Origin: Deltaproteobacteria bacterium
Lineage (GTDB): Bacteria; Myxococcota_A; UBA9042; PHBI01; JACKFB01
NCBI GenBank assembly: GCA_020632695.1
Contig: JACKFB010000014.1
Location: forward strand, 6,231 to 70,230
Direction: 5' to 3'
DNA: 64,000 nucleotides
The stretch's first letter is position 1; each line of letters starts with the position of its first letter. A program made the translations under genes and the position numbers. This document shows positions 44,413 to 57,293 of this stretch, in pieces. The notes below the pieces were generated by a model. That model did not search any database and was not told the DNA's origin. It saw only the letters and a program-made list of their open reading frames with translations.

Positions 44413-47400
44413 CTAATAGATCGGCGGGCACTCCCCGGGCGAGGGGGTCTCGGAGATGATCCAGACATCGACTCCCGTGCGCAGCAGCGAGCTGTTCGAC
44501 TGGGCGTCGTCCACGTGGGGGGTGGCGTAAGGGAGGCCGTCGGGGCCCTTGAACTTGTCGGTGTTGGCGCCGCCGTAGACGACCGCGTCGACCGGCAGCG
44601 TCGCCGACGTGATGGCGGAGGCCTTCACGTGGAAGAGGCCGATGGCGTCGGCGGTGGCCCCGGAGTTCTGGAGGTCGGGGTCGAAGTTCAGCTCCTGGTC
44701 GTAGACGGCCTGACCGTTGGCGACGCTGCTCTTGGGACCGCCGACCACGAAGCAGGCACCCGGGGGCACGACGCCCGCGAGCTGGTAGGTCTGCGTCGCG
44801 TAGCTCCCGCCGCCGGCGCCCAGCGACCACTCGGAGAGGTCCACCGGAGCGGTGGAGCCGTTGTAGAGCCGAACCCACTCGAAGCCGTCGTCGTCGCCGC
44901 TGACGTTGTAGAGCACCTCGGCCAGGAGCAACCCGACGGGCGGCACGTCGATCACCTCCACCGGGAACAGGAAGGGGTCGCCCCCCGCCGTCGCCTTCAG
45001 GGTGCCGGTGCCGGCGGTGGAGCCCGCGACCAGCACGAACTCCGCGGAGAACGCGCCGGCTGGCACCGGCACCGAGGCCGGCAGGTCGAGGAGGCCGCCG
45101 CTGAACTCGAGCGCCACCTCCAACCCCGCCGGGGGGGCTGGGGCGTCGAGGAAGAGCTCGACGGTGACGGCGGTGCCGATGAGCAGCTTCAAGGGATCGG
45201 GCTGGATCTCGACCACGGCGGGCAGATCCGACGGGCTGCGCACCTCGACGGCGGCGGAGACGCTCACGTCATCGAGCGTCGCGGTCAGGGCGACCGGCGA
45301 CTCAGCCGTCGCCGGGGCGTCGAAGCGCAGCTCGGCGAAGGACTCGCCGGCCAGCACGGTGACGCCGCCGCCCACGACGGAGAGCGCCCCCGGCGTCCCG
45401 CTGGTGACGCCGACGAAGGTGTCGGTCAGGGCCGGCCCGGTCAGGCGCACGCGCAGCGGCGGCGCCGTCGGCTGGCCGGTGACCCCCTGATAGATCGTCG
45501 CGAACCCGGGCTCGATCGCGTAGAGCCTGGGCGCCCCGAACACCACGTCGGCCGCGTCGCGGGGCAGCAGCTTGTTGCGGCTCCACGCGAAGCGCAGCAC
45601 GCCAGTGACGCTGGCGAAGCCCTGACCAGCCTGCGGCGCAGGGCTCACGGCGAAGATCGCGTCGTCCACCGGCAGGCCGGGTGCGGTCGGCTGGGGCACG
45701 GCCTGCTCGAGCACCTCGAACTCCCCGATGACGGTCTCGCCCGGCTGACCGGCCGGCGAGGCGTCGACGACGACCAGATCGCTGACGGTGACGAGCACGC
45801 CCTCGTAGGCCAGGGCGTCGCCCCCTCCGGTCTGCACATCGGACGTCTTCACCGGGACCGGCGCCGGCAGGGTCACCCCGGTGTCCACCACCGTGAAGTC
45901 CGCCGACTCCAGCTCGAGCGCGCCGTGGAAGAGCGCGACGGTGCCGCTCAGGTTCACGCGCGCGCCTCGCGGCGGCGTGGTTCCCGACGGCTCGTAGACG
46001 AAGAGCCCCGAGTTCTCGGCGCCCGTCCACCCGTCGCCGGCCGGGTCCATGGACACGAAGTAGCCGCCGGCGCCGACGGCGGTGACCAGCACACCTGAGA
46101 GCGACACCTTCGCACCGACCGCCGCCACGCCGGACTTCACGTCGTAGATCGTGCTCGGGCACGGCGCGCCGTCCGGGTTCGAGTCCAGCGGGCAGGCGTC
46201 GCAGGCGTCGCCGACCTGGTCCTTGTCGCCGTCCTCCTGCTCCGGATTGTAGAGGTTCGGGCAGTTGTCGAGGGCGTTGGCGATGCCGTCGGCGTCCAGG
46301 TCCTTGGGGTCGACCGACGAGCAGGCGGTGGTGTTGGCGTCGAAGGGGCAGGGATCGCAGGCGTCGCCGTCGCCGTCGCCGTCCACGTCGGGCTGGGAGA
46401 GGCCGTCGAGGGGGCGCGGCGGGTTGAACACGTCCGGGCAGTTGTCGACCGCGTCGGCGAACCCGTCGCCGTCGGCGTCACCGGCCGTGGGCACGCCGTC
46501 GAACTCGCCGGGGCGCAGCGGCGTGCAGGTGGGCTCGTCGGGCGGGGCGCCGCAGAAGAAGAGGTCGTAGGTGTTGCTGCCCAGCTCGGTCTTCAGGGTC
46601 GCGGCGCTCTTGCCGAGCTCGCGGGTGGCGCAGATCCGCTTGCCGCGGCCGCACACGTCCATCGTCTCGCAGTCGCCGGGCTCGGTCAGGGCCTCCACGG
46701 TCGCCGCGTCGCCGTAGAGCGCCAGGCCCCCTCGCATCACCAGGGTGACGTCGTCGACGTCGGCCTCCAGCACGGCGCGGTACCCGGCGTGGCTCGTCGC
46801 GTCGAAGATCGCGATGTCGGCGACCTTTCCGACCGACAGGCTGCCGAGCACGTCGCCGAAGCCCAGCAGCTCGGCCGCCGACGACGTGGCCATCGCCACG
46901 AGCTGCGCGTCCGAGAAGTAGCCGTCCCAGTACACCTCGTTCCACGAGCGCGCGCAGGCCAGCTCACGCAGCATGTTCACCGAGCCCGAGGCGGTCCAGT
47001 CGGTGCCCAGCGCCACCAGCGCGCCCAGCCGATCGTACATCGGCGCGTCCGCCGTGAAGCCGTAGAGGGAGGTGTTGGTGCGAGGCGACCACACCAGCCC
47101 GGCGCCCTCGCCGGCCACCATGGCGATGTCGGCCGCGGTCAGGCCGATGCCGTGGATGAGGGCGGTGGTCGGGAAGATGAGGTCGACGCCGCCGGTCTTG
47201 GTGCCCGACGCGCAGAGCACCTCGTTCTGCGCGGAGCTCTCGATGCCCTCCGCCATGTGGGGGACGTAGGCCACCTGGGCGGCGGCCGTCTCGGGATCGT
47301 CGAACGAGTAGGGGGCGCAGGTCTGGGTCAGGGACTTGAAGCTGGCGTCGCCCAGCGGGAAGGTGCTGTAGTCGGCGGCCGCGTGGTCGAGGCCCTCGAG

Positions 47401-48300
47401 GCGGTTGTCCCGGTCCAGGTTGCGCTGGAAGCCGACCTCGGCGCCCGAGCCGAAGAGGCTGGTCGAGCCACCCATCACCTGGCGCATCTCGCCCCAGCCG
47501 TCGCCCAGGGCGTGGCTGTTCTGGACCGTCGGCAGCGCCTTGAAGCCGTTGAGCCCCTTGCGCCACTCGTTGCGGTGGGAGTAGCGGATGGTGCCGTGAT
47601 CGACCGGCTTCATCTGGGTGAAGGTGATGTGGTCGTGGGCGTTGATGAGGCCGGGAGAGACCACCGAGGCGGGGCAGGTCAGCACCGTCGCGCCCGGCGC
47701 CTGGTCGGCGCAGTCGCAGCCCACGCAGGTGATGGTGCCGTCCACGACCAGGACCTGACCGCCCGGCTGGATGCCCGTCGGCAGGAGCAGGTCGCCGCGG
47801 ATGAGGAGCGAGGCGTTGCCCGGGGTCACCGTGCAGGTGCCCGGGGTGCCCGGGAGCGAGGCGCCGCAGGGATCGGGGGCGGTGTCGGTGTCGGTGTCGG
47901 TGTCGGTGGCCGTGTCGGTGGCCGTGTCGGTCGCCGTGTCGGAGGCCGTGTCGGAGACCGTGTCCGGGGCCGTGTCCGAGGCCGCGTCCGAGGCCGTGTC
48001 CGAGGCCGTGTCCGAGGCCGTGTCCGAGGCCGTGTCCGAGGCCGTGTCCGGGGCCGTGTCGGACGTCGTGTCCGGGGCCGTGTCGGACGTCGTGTCCGAG
48101 GCCGCGTCGGACGTCGTGTCCGAGGCTGTGTCGGAGGTCAGGTCGCCCTGGGCGTCGGTGTCCGTCGCGATGATGTCCGCGAGGCTTCCATCGTCGCCGT
48201 CGGCGCGGCAAGCTGTCAGGATCGAACCCAACGCGAGCAGCACCACCGCGCCTGTCACCGTCGCGCCCGTCGAGCGGGCGTGCCGAAGCGTGCACTTCAT
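44413..48300 (-). CDS. Large lipoprotein with acidic TSD linker, amidohydrolase-like domain, thrombospondin type-3 repeats and C-terminal lamin-tail domain
   Basis: The lipobox is LGSILTAC. The (TSD/ASD)n linker spans about 110 aa. The metal-binding-like motif is [14 protein letters not shown]3 calcium-binding repeats are [20 protein letters not shown] and [28 protein letters not shown]. The LTD signature is [37 protein letters not shown]. Confidence 0.8.
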   Translation of the reverse strand: MKCTLRHARSTGATVTGAVVLLALGSILTACRADGDDGSLADIIATDTDAQGDLTSDTASDTTSDAASDTTSDTAPDTTSDTAPDTASDTASDTASDTASDTASDAASDTAPDTVSDTASDTATDTATDTATDTDTDTDTAPDPCGASLPGTPGTCTVTPGNASLLIRGDLLLPTGIQPGGQVLVVDGTITCVGCDCADQAPGATVLTCPASVVSPGLINAHDHITFTQMKPVDHGTIRYSHRNEWRKGLNGFKALPTVQNSHALGDGWGEMRQVMGGSTSLFGSGAEVGFQRNLDRDNRLEGLDHAAADYSTFPLGDASFKSLTQTCAPYSFDDPETAAAQVAYVPHMAEGIESSAQNEVLCASGTKTGGVDLIFPTTALIHGIGLTAADIAMVAGEGAGLVWSPRTNTSLYGFTADAPMYDRLGALVALGTDWTASGSVNMLRELACARSWNEVYWDGYFSDAQLVAMATSSAAELLGFGDVLGSLSVGKVADIAIFDATSHAGYRAVLEADVDDVTLVMRGGLALYGDAATVEALTEPGDCETMDVCGRGKRICATRELGKSAATLKTELGSNTYDLFFCGAPPDEPTCTPLRPGEFDGVPTAGDADGDGFADAVDNCPDVFNPPRPLDGLSQPDVDGDGDGDACDPCPFDANTTACSSVDPKDLDADGIANALDNCPNLYNPEQEDGDKDQVGDACDACPLDSNPDGAPCPSTIYDVKSGVAAVGAKVSLSGVLVTAVGAGGYFVSMDPAGDGWTGAENSGLFVYEPSGTTPPRGARVNLSGTVALFHGALELESADFTVVDTGVTLPAPVPVKTSDVQTGGGDALAYEGVLVTVSDLVVVDASPAGQPGETVIGEFEVLEQAVPQPTAPGLPVDDAIFAVSPAPQAGQGFASVTGVLRFAWSRNKLLPRDAADVVFGAPRLYAIEPGFATIYQGVTGQPTAPPLRVRLTGPALTDTFVGVTSGTPGALSVVGGGVTVLAGESFAELRFDAPATAESPVALTATLDDVSVSAAVEVRSPSDLPAVVEIQPDPLKLLIGTAVTVELFLDAPAPPAGLEVALEFSGGLLDLPASVPVPAGAFSAEFVLVAGSTAGTGTLKATAGGDPFLFPVEVIDVPPVGLLLAEVLYNVSGDDDGFEWVRLYNGSTAPVDLSEWSLGAGGGSYATQTYQLAGVVPPGACFVVGGPKSSVANGQAVYDQELNFDPDLQNSGATADAIGLFHVKASAITSATLPVDAVVYGGANTDKFKGPDGLPYATPHVDDAQSNSSLLRTGVDVWIISETPSPGECPPIY

Positions 48301-48410
48301 GTCTTCGTCCCCACAGCTACACCGACGACCGGTCGCCGGGATCGCGGGTTCTAGCAGATGCCCGCATTCGCTCCCAGGAGATACCGCGCCGGAAGGCCAC
48401 CGGGCCGCCG

Positions 48411-50435
48411 GTGGCTGACCTCTTCGACCACCGCCCTCGGCTGGCCGACGAGGTCCATGTGCGCGAGTCGTCCGAGGGGCCCCTGCTCTTCCGCACGGGC
48501 AGCCGCCGCACCTTCCTGCTCTCCCAGACCGAGATGGCGGCCGTCGCGTGCATGGACGGATCGCTCACCCTGGAGTCGATCGCCGCCAAGGTGCTGGTCC
48601 GTCACGGCCGCACCAGCTACGCCGGGCTGATCCAGCTCTACCAGTCGCTGGCCGCCGCCGGCTTCCTCTCCGAGCCCGTGCCCCGCCTGGGGGTGCTGGG
48701 CGCGCGCCACCGCACCGGCTGGATCTTCGACCTCCCGCTGGTCGTGGTCCCGGGCTTCGGCCGCCACTCTCCACCCCTGCCAGCCCGGGCCACCGCGCTG
48801 GGCGTGCTCGCCACCACCTCGGCGGTCGCCGCGCTGCTCTCCCTCCCCGCCCTGGTGGCGCTGGTGCAGGCTCCCGCGGCCAGCGCCGCCATCGCCGGCG
48901 TCTGGGAGGCCGCCGTCGTCGCGCTCTACGCCGCCGCGCTCTTCGCCAGCCTCTGCCGCGCCTTGTGCCGGGCCGCCTGGCTCCGCGCCCACGAGGGCAT
49001 CCACACCGACCGCCGCGGCGGACTGCGCCTGCGCAACGGCCTGCTGGCCTTCGACACGGCCGACCCCGACGAGCACCTCCGCCCACCCGGCGAGCGCGCA
49101 TCCCTCGGCCGCGCCGGGCTGCTCGGCCTGGTCGCCGCCGCCGGCATCCTCGGCGCCGCGTCCCTGGCCCTCCCCCCTGACTACGCCAGCGCCGCCCCCT
49201 ACGCGCTGGTGCCCTGGCTGCTCGTCTTCATCGAGCTCTGCCCCTTCGTCCCCGGCTCCGACGGCGCGCGCCTCGCCGCCCCCTCCTCGTCGACCCCCGC
49301 CGCCCGCGCCCGCCTGGTCGCGGCCCTGGTCCAACCGCGCCTCTCCGCCATGGCCGCCGCGCTGCTCCGAGGCGACCGCGCCTCGCTCCGCTCCCTGGCG
49401 TGGCTGGCCACCGCCGTGCTCCTGCCCCTGGGCGCCCCCGGCCCCACCACCGCGGCGTGGGCGGCCAGCCTCAGCGCCTCCGACAACCTGGCCCTCCGCA
49501 TCGCCGGCGCCGTCCCCTTCGTCGCCTGGGGCGCCGTGGGCGTCGTCGGGGTCATCGGCGGCATCATCTCGGTCGCGCGCCGCATCCTGCTCACCGTCGA
49601 GCTGCGCACCGGCGGCTCGCTCCGCCCCCGCACCACCGTCCCGGACGAAGAGGCCGACCGCGTCCTCCTCTCGATGCCCCCGCTCGGCGTGCTCCCCCAG
49701 ACCCGCCGCCGCGGCGAGGCCGAGCGCCTGGTCACCCGCGTGGTCCGACAGGGCGAACGCCTCGGCGGCGACTCCGCGCGCGCGCTCTTCGCGGTCGCCG
49801 TCGGTGCCTTCCGCCTCGAGTGCCCCGACGCGCCCCCCATCGAGTTCGGCCCCGGCGACGTGTTCCTGGGGCGGATGGCGGCGCTGGGCTCCTCCGCCGA
49901 GGCCGACGTGCTCGCCCGCTCCGCCGGCCGCCTGCGCGCGCTCGGCGCCGACGCGGTGGACCGCCTCCTCGGCGAGATCCCCGAAGCTCGCGGCGCCCTC
50001 ACCGAGACCCTGCTCTCGCGGGCCGCGTTGCGCTCCTGCGCCGCCTTCGCCGCCCTGCCCGCCCACGCGCTCGAGGTCCTGCTGACCCACAGCGAGTCGA
50101 TGGTGGTCGCCCCCGGCGCCACCATCGGCGTCGACAGCCACGCCTCCGCCGCGATCTTCCTCATCCGCCGCGGCCGGGCCCGAGCGGCCGGGGACGGAGC
50201 CCTCGCGCGCACAGCCGGCCCCAGCGAGCTGCTGGGCCTCGACCCGCTCTTCCACGGCCACGCGGTCCCGCGCACCTGGGTCGCCATCACCCGCTGCCAC
50301 CTGCTCCGCCTGCCGGTGCGCGGCCTGGCCGACATCCTGCACCGGGCCGCCGGCGTCGGGCTCGCCCTCGAGAGCCACAACCTGGCCGACGCGCGCGCGC
50401 GCCGTCGCCCGCTGGCCGGCGCCGACACCGCATAG
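48411..50435 (+). CDS. Polytopic membrane protein with N-terminal PqqD-like (RRE-like) domain, candidate M50/site-2-protease-like motifs and C-terminal cNMP-binding-like domain
   Basis: The N-terminus [51 protein letters not shown]...[11 protein letters not shown] resembles PqqD. HEGIH (an HExxH) lies in a hydrophobic stretch about 85 aa before [14 protein letters not shown] (LDG-like motif). The C-terminal [13 protein letters not shown]...PGATIG...[14 protein letters not shown]...ELLGL pattern resembles a cNMP-binding fold. Family assignment is tentative. Confidence 0.65.
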   Translation: MADLFDHRPRLADEVHVRESSEGPLLFRTGSRRTFLLSQTEMAAVACMDGSLTLESIAAKVLVRHGRTSYAGLIQLYQSLAAAGFLSEPVPRLGVLGARHRTGWIFDLPLVVVPGFGRHSPPLPARATALGVLATTSAVAALLSLPALVALVQAPAASAAIAGVWEAAVVALYAAALFASLCRALCRAAWLRAHEGIHTDRRGGLRLRNGLLAFDTADPDEHLRPPGERASLGRAGLLGLVAAAGILGAASLALPPDYASAAPYALVPWLLVFIELCPFVPGSDGARLAAPSSSTPAARARLVAALVQPRLSAMAAALLRGDRASLRSLAWLATAVLLPLGAPGPTTAAWAASLSASDNLALRIAGAVPFVAWGAVGVVGVIGGIISVARRILLTVELRTGGSLRPRTTVPDEEADRVLLSMPPLGVLPQTRRRGEAERLVTRVVRQGERLGGDSARALFAVAVGAFRLECPDAPPIEFGPGDVFLGRMAALGSSAEADVLARSAGRLRALGADAVDRLLGEIPEARGALTETLLSRAALRSCAAFAALPAHALEVLLTHSESMVVAPGATIGVDSHASAAIFLIRRGRARAAGDGALARTAGPSELLGLDPLFHGHAVPRTWVAITRCHLLRLPVRGLADILHRAAGVGLALESHNLADARARRRPLAGADTA

Positions 50436-50570
50436 CGAGTGGTCCGGAGCGATTGTTGTTGATTCGATCCGCGGAGCGGCCGCAGCTTGAAGCTCCCCGC
50501 CGCGACCCTCCCAGGTCGCGCACCGGGCATCGCGGAGGGCGCCTCGAGGGGCCCTCTCGGAGGTGCCTCC

Positions 50571-52106
<1,536 letters not shown>

Positions 52107-52133
52107 TCCGCCGCGGATCCTCGCTCGCCCGGG

Positions 52134-52982
52134 TCAACCCCGGTCGGCGCTCTCGTCGCGGCGCACCGTCAGCCGCGCGCCGATCTCCAGCTCGAGCTGG
52201 CGCGCCGCGTGCCCGTCGCGCACCGCCACCTCCAGCCACCCCTCGCTGCCGATCACCGCGACCAGGTGCCCCGCCACGACCTGCGCGTAGGTCTCGGCCA
52301 CCACGGCGCTGCGCCCGGCGATCTCGACACGCAGCCCGGCGGGCTCGCCGATCTCCTCGAGCTCGGCGAGCCCGATGTTGCTGATCAGGTTGCCGAAGTG
52401 ATCGATCGAGACGATCTCACCCACCAGGCGCCCGTCCTCGAGCCGGCGCGCCGCGGGCACGTCCAACCCCTGCGGCTCCAGCGAGGGTCCCACCACCTCG
52501 GGCCGCAGGAGCCCCGCCGCCATCGCCGCCGCGGTGGGCGCGAAGATGTCGCGTCCGTGGAAGGTCCGGGCCGTCCGGTCCGGCAGCCACGGGTGCCGCT
52601 GGATGCGCCACGCCGCCTCGATGCCCCCCAGCGCGGCGGCCACCAGGTCGAAGAGCCCATTGTCCGGGCCGACGAAGGCGTGTCCGCCCGCCAGCATCAC
52701 CAGCGGGGCGCGCTCGGTACCGACGCCGGGGTCGATCACGCCCAGGTGCACGGTGCCCGGCGGAAACAACGGCGCCGCAGCCCTCAGCGCGACCGCCCCG
52801 GCGCGGATGTCCTGCGCCGGGATGCCGTGGGCCAGGTCGACGAGCCGCAGGTCGCGGCCGATCGACATCATCACGCCCTTCATCGCGCCCAGATAGCCGT
52901 CGCGCGTCCCGAAGTCGGTGGTGAGGGTCAACACGCCCGAGGCCGCGAAGGCCGGCGTCTCTCGCGTTCCGGGGCTACCCAT
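52134..52982 (-). CDS. SAM hydroxide adenosyltransferase family (DUF62; related to fluorinase/chlorinase)
   Basis: The N-terminal signature is LTLTTDFGTRDGYLGAMKGVMMSI. Length is 282 aa. It overlaps the upstream nupC by 8 nt. Confidence 0.75.
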   Translation of the reverse strand: MGSPGTRETPAFAASGVLTLTTDFGTRDGYLGAMKGVMMSIGRDLRLVDLAHGIPAQDIRAGAVALRAAAPLFPPGTVHLGVIDPGVGTERAPLVMLAGGHAFVGPDNGLFDLVAAALGGIEAAWRIQRHPWLPDRTARTFHGRDIFAPTAAAMAAGLLRPEVVGPSLEPQGLDVPAARRLEDGRLVGEIVSIDHFGNLISNIGLAELEEIGEPAGLRVEIAGRSAVVAETYAQVVAGHLVAVIGSEGWLEVAVRDGHAARQLELEIGARLTVRRDESADRG

Positions 52983-54279
52983 CGACGAACATCAACCCGG
53001 CGACCGCGCCGGTCATCATGGCTGCCAAGGTGCCTCCTATCATCGCTCGCAGTCCCAGGCGGGCGAGGTCGTGGCGGCGCTCGGGGGCGATGCCGCCGAT
53101 GCCGCCGATCTGGATGCCGATGCTGGCGAAGTTGGCGAACCCGCACAGCGCATACGAGGTGATGACGGCCGAGCGCGGGCTCAGGGCCGCGGCGCTGGAC
53201 TGGAGCTCGCCCAGGTGCAGGAAGGCGATGAGCTCGGTCAGGACGATCTTCTCGCCCAGCAGCGTGCCCACGACGCGGGCCTCCGACCAGGGGATGCCCA
53301 TCAGCAGGGCCAGCGGCGAGAAGAGCCAGCCGAAGAGCGCCTGCAGCGTCAGGTCCAGGCCCACCAACGAACCGAGGAAGCCCAGCATCGCGTTGACCAT
53401 CGCGATGACGGCCACGAAGACCAGCAGCATGGCGCCGATGTTCAGGGCGAGCTGGAGGCCCTCCAGGGTGCCGCGGGACAGGGCGTCGATGCCGTTGACG
53501 TCCGGGCGCTCCAGGCGCATCTCGGTGCGGCCCATGGTCGCCGGCACGCCGGTCTCCGGCACCATCACCTTGGCGACGGCCAGGGCCGCGGGCGCGCTCA
53601 TGATGCTGGCGATGACCAGGTGCCCGGCGATGCCGGGGATGTGGCCGAGCACACCCACGTAGATGGCCATGACGCCGCCGGCGATGGTCGCGAAGCCACC
53701 GACCATGACCGCGTTCAGCTCGGAGCGGGTCATGGCACCCACGAAGGGGCGGATGACCAGGGGGGCCTCGGTCTGGCCGACGAAGATGTTCGCCGCCGCC
53801 GACAGGCTCTCGGCGCCGCTGGTGCCCATGGTGCGCTGCATGATGCGGCCGAAGATGGCGACCACCCACTGCATCAGGCCGTAGTGGTACAGCACGGCCA
53901 TCAGCGCCGAGAAGAAGACCACGGTGGGCAGCACCCAGAAGGCGAGCGTCTTGAGCGGCGGTGAGATGTGGCCGATGTAGGTCGCGGTCTCCCGGCCGCC
54001 GTCGCGCAGCACGGTGATCTCGTGCGGCTCGATGGTCTGGAAGAGGAAGTCGCTGCCGGCCTCGGAGAACGAGAGCAGCCGGTGCACGCCGGTGTCGACG
54101 CCCTGGAAGAGGAGCTGGCCGGCGTCGGGCAGGAGGATGACGACGCCGAGCATGAGCTGGAGCGCGACCCCCCAGAGCACCGGGCGCCAGCGAACCGCCC
54201 GCCGATCGGTGGACAGCAGCCACGCGACGAGCACCAGCCCGACCAGCCCGAGGGCGGAGAAGAGTCGTTCCACGAACAC
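52975..54279 (-). CDS. nupC: Concentrative nucleoside transporter (NupC/CNT family)
   Basis: It is 434 aa and polytopic. The GFATIAGGVMA and GGIGGIAPERR regions are typical of the CNT family. Confidence 0.8.
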   Translation of the reverse strand: MFVERLFSALGLVGLVLVAWLLSTDRRAVRWRPVLWGVALQLMLGVVILLPDAGQLLFQGVDTGVHRLLSFSEAGSDFLFQTIEPHEITVLRDGGRETATYIGHISPPLKTLAFWVLPTVVFFSALMAVLYHYGLMQWVVAIFGRIMQRTMGTSGAESLSAAANIFVGQTEAPLVIRPFVGAMTRSELNAVMVGGFATIAGGVMAIYVGVLGHIPGIAGHLVIASIMSAPAALAVAKVMVPETGVPATMGRTEMRLERPDVNGIDALSRGTLEGLQLALNIGAMLLVFVAVIAMVNAMLGFLGSLVGLDLTLQALFGWLFSPLALLMGIPWSEARVVGTLLGEKIVLTELIAFLHLGELQSSAAALSPRSAVITSYALCGFANFASIGIQIGGIGGIAPERRHDLARLGLRAMIGGTLAAMMTGAVAGLMFVDG

Positions 54280-54339
54280 GCTGATAGCATGGGGCTCGCG
54301 CGCTGCCTACGCCCGCCCGCGCGCGAGGCCGCGGGGGCG

Positions 54340-56214
54340 TCACACGGCGAAGGCCTCGCGCCACAGCTCGACCAGGACCAGGGCGAAGACCTGGCGGCCG
54401 GCGAGGAAGGGCTCGCGGTCGGCGCGGTCCAGGAGGCGGGCGACGGCCTCGGGGCGGAACACCCCCTGGCGGCGGACGCGCTCGGGGCTGAGCAGGTCGC
54501 GGGCCATGGCCGGCCAGCGGGGCCCGAAGAGCGCCAGCGGCACCCGCACCGGGCCCTTCGGGCGGCGAGCCAGACGGGGCGGGAGGCGCCGGGAGGCCAG
54601 GCGGCGCAGGAGGCGCTTCTCGACGGGGGGCAGCAGGCCCACCTTGAACGCGCGGGCCAGGGGCAGGATGGCCGCGACCACCGCGTCGTCGAGGAAGGGG
54701 TAGCGGGCCTCGACACCCCAGGCCATGGCGATGCGGTTCTCGCGGCCCAGGTGGTAGCCCGGCAGCCAGTCGGTCAGGTCACGGTCGATGAGGCGGTCCA
54801 GCAGCGCGGCGGGAGCCGGCTCGGGGGCCCGCGGGGCGCGCGGCGGCGAGTCGAGGGTCTCGGCGAAGTCCGGGGTGTAGAGCGCCGCGCGGCCGGCGGG
54901 GTCGAAGAGCGAGGTCAAGGCCTCGACGCGCGCGTTCAGCGAGGGCGAGGTGAGCGCGGTGGCCAGGCGCGCCCGTCCGGCGGGGTCGGCCAGGGCCCCC
55001 GGGTAGGGGCCGAGGCGGCGCATCAGCTCGGCAGGGACGAGGCGCAGCGCCAGGGCGGCGGCGCTGGCCCAGCGCGGGTGGCGGGCCGCGCGGTCGAGGA
55101 GCTGCTGGTGCGGGTAGCTGCCGAAGAGCTCGTCGGCGCCCTCGCCGCACAGCACCGCCTTCACCTCACGCGAGGCCTCGCGGGCCAGGGCCCACAGGCC
55201 GATGACGTCGGGATTGGCGACGGGCTCCTCCATCGCCGCGGCGATGGCCGGCAGGGCGTCCAGGTCCTCGGGCCCCAGGCGCACCGGGCGCCACGGGCCG
55301 CCGCTGAGCGCCGCGGCCTGCTCGGCGTAGGCCAGCTCGTCCTCGCTGGGGTCGTAGCCGTGAGAGAAGGCCACCGCGCCGGGGCGCGCCCGCCCCGCGG
55401 CCGAGGCGATCATCGAGGAGTCCAACCCGCCCGAGACGTAGAGCCCCACCGGCGCCTCGCCGTGGCACAGGCGCAGCGCGGTGGCCTCGTCCAGCGCGCG
55501 CTCGAGCGCCCCCACCGCCTCGTCGAGCCCGCCGGCGGGCGCGGCGCCGCTGCCCGAGGCGACCGGGCGATACCAGCGCTCCACCTGACCGCCGCCTCGG
55601 GCGTCCATCAGCAGGCGCCCACCCGGCGGCAAGGGCTCCAGCCCGGCGAAGAGGCTGCGCGCGGAGCCCACGTGGCGCTGGTCCAGGTAGTGGTCCAGGG
55701 CGGCCGGGTCCATGCGCCGGCCGAGCGCGGGCAAGGCCAGCAGCCCCTTGGCCTCGGACGCGAAGGCCGCCCCCTGGGCGCCGCGCCAGAGCATCAGCGG
55801 CGCGATGCCGAAGCGGTCGCGCGCCACCAGCATCCGCTTCTCGCCGCCGTCCCAGAGCGCGAAGGCGAAGAAGCCGCGCAGCCGGTGCACCAGGTCGGGC
55901 CCCCAGGCGCGGTAGCCGTGCAGGATGACCTCGACGTCGCAACCGGTGGTGAAGCGCGCGCCCCCGGCCCGCAGCTCGTCGCGCAGCGCGTCGTGGTTGT
56001 AGATCTCGGCGTTGGCGACCAGCGCCAGCTCCCCGTCCAGCATCGGCTGCGCCCCGTCGCCGGGCGCCACGATCGCCAGCCGCGCCGCCCCCAACGCCAC
56101 CCCGGGGGCGCGATACACGCCGCGCCCGTCGGGGCCGCGGTGGCGCAGCGCCTCCACCATCGGCTCGATGGCCTCGGCGGCGGCAGGGCCCAGCACGCCC
56201 GCGATGCCACACAT
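54340..56214 (-). CDS. asnB: Asparagine synthetase (glutamine-hydrolysing) family amidotransferase
   Basis: MCGIAGVL carries the N-terminal Cys nucleophile. The PP-loop motif is SGGLDSS. Length is 624 aa. It begins 4 nt downstream of the epimerase gene stop. Confidence 0.85.
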   Translation of the reverse strand: MCGIAGVLGPAAAEAIEPMVEALRHRGPDGRGVYRAPGVALGAARLAIVAPGDGAQPMLDGELALVANAEIYNHDALRDELRAGGARFTTGCDVEVILHGYRAWGPDLVHRLRGFFAFALWDGGEKRMLVARDRFGIAPLMLWRGAQGAAFASEAKGLLALPALGRRMDPAALDHYLDQRHVGSARSLFAGLEPLPPGGRLLMDARGGGQVERWYRPVASGSGAAPAGGLDEAVGALERALDEATALRLCHGEAPVGLYVSGGLDSSMIASAAGRARPGAVAFSHGYDPSEDELAYAEQAAALSGGPWRPVRLGPEDLDALPAIAAAMEEPVANPDVIGLWALAREASREVKAVLCGEGADELFGSYPHQQLLDRAARHPRWASAAALALRLVPAELMRRLGPYPGALADPAGRARLATALTSPSLNARVEALTSLFDPAGRAALYTPDFAETLDSPPRAPRAPEPAPAALLDRLIDRDLTDWLPGYHLGRENRIAMAWGVEARYPFLDDAVVAAILPLARAFKVGLLPPVEKRLLRRLASRRLPPRLARRPKGPVRVPLALFGPRWPAMARDLLSPERVRRQGVFRPEAVARLLDRADREPFLAGRQVFALVLVELWREAFAV

Positions 56215-56217
56215 GGG

Positions 56218-57243
56218 CTAGCCCGACCGGCGCTGGAGCGCGTTCTGGTGCCTGGGTCGCCACCAGCGCACCAGCGAACGCCAGGCGGCCTCGTCCCGAT
56301 GCTCGCGCCACCAGCGCCACGCGTCCACGACGCCGTCGATGTTGGCGCGCTCGGCGACGAAGTCCAGCTCGGCTCGGGCCCGGCTGGTGTCCAGCACGAA
56401 CTGGCGCGAGGCCACCCGGTACTGCTCGGGGACCAGCGGCCCCACCCCCAGCCGGTGCAGCAGCGCGAAGGCGGCCGTGGCCGCGCCGGCCGGCACGGGC
56501 ACCACGAAGGAGCGGCTCCCTGCCCTGCGGAAGAGCTCGGCCAGGTCCTCGCGCAGGGTGCGCTCGACGGCCGAGCCGACGTTGTAGATGCGCCCGGGCC
56601 GACCCCGCTCGGCCACCCGCTCCAGGGCGCGCACCAGGTCGTCGACCGCGGTGAACTGGAAGCGGAAGTCCCCGCCCGCGGGCAGCGGCAGGGGCAGCCC
56701 CAGCTCCATCATCGCGAAGAAGGTCGCGAAGATCCCGGCGCGACCGGCCCCGACCACGACCCGGGGGCGGATGATGCTGACGTCGTAGCCGTCGTCGGCC
56801 TGGCGCAGGCACAGCTCCTCGGCCGCGGCCTTGCTGCGGCTGTACGCGCAGGCCGGGCTCAGCGGGTGATCCTCGGGGATGCTGGGGATCTCCGGGCGCC
56901 CGTACACCGTGCTCGAGGACAGGTGCACCACCTTGCGGGCGCCGGCGCGGCGGGCCAGGCGCAGGACCCGCTCGGTGCCCTCCACGTTGGTCGCGGCGTA
57001 GGTGGCGTCGGGCGCGCGGGCGATGGCCGGCAGGGCCGCCAGGTGGAACACGACCTCGGCGCCCTCGAAGGCGCGCGCCAGGGCGTGGCCGTCGCCCAGG
57101 TCGGCGGTCACGAACGCGCGCACCGGCAGCGGCGTCGCCGGGGCGTACCGGTCGGTGCCGACCACCTCGTCGCCGCGCTCGGCGAGCGCCTGCACCAGGG
57201 CGGTGCCGATGAAGCCGCTGGCGCCGGTGACCGCTACCCGCAT
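56218..57243 (-). CDS. NAD-dependent epimerase/dehydratase (SDR)
   Basis: N-terminus is MRVAVTGASGFIGTALVQAL. The YxxxK motif is YSRSKAAAE. The ORF extends upstream to 57333. Confidence 0.8.
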   Translation of the reverse strand: MRVAVTGASGFIGTALVQALAERGDEVVGTDRYAPATPLPVRAFVTADLGDGHALARAFEGAEVVFHLAALPAIARAPDATYAATNVEGTERVLRLARRAGARKVVHLSSSTVYGRPEIPSIPEDHPLSPACAYSRSKAAAEELCLRQADDGYDVSIIRPRVVVGAGRAGIFATFFAMMELGLPLPLPAGGDFRFQFTAVDDLVRALERVAERGRPGRIYNVGSAVERTLREDLAELFRRAGSRSFVVPVPAGAATAAFALLHRLGVGPLVPEQYRVASRQFVLDTSRARAELDFVAERANIDGVVDAWRWWREHRDEAAWRSLVRWWRPRHQNALQRRSG

Positions 57244-57293
57244 CGTCGCCTCCGACCCGCCCGGGGAGCGCGGGCGCCGAACCGCATCGCGGC

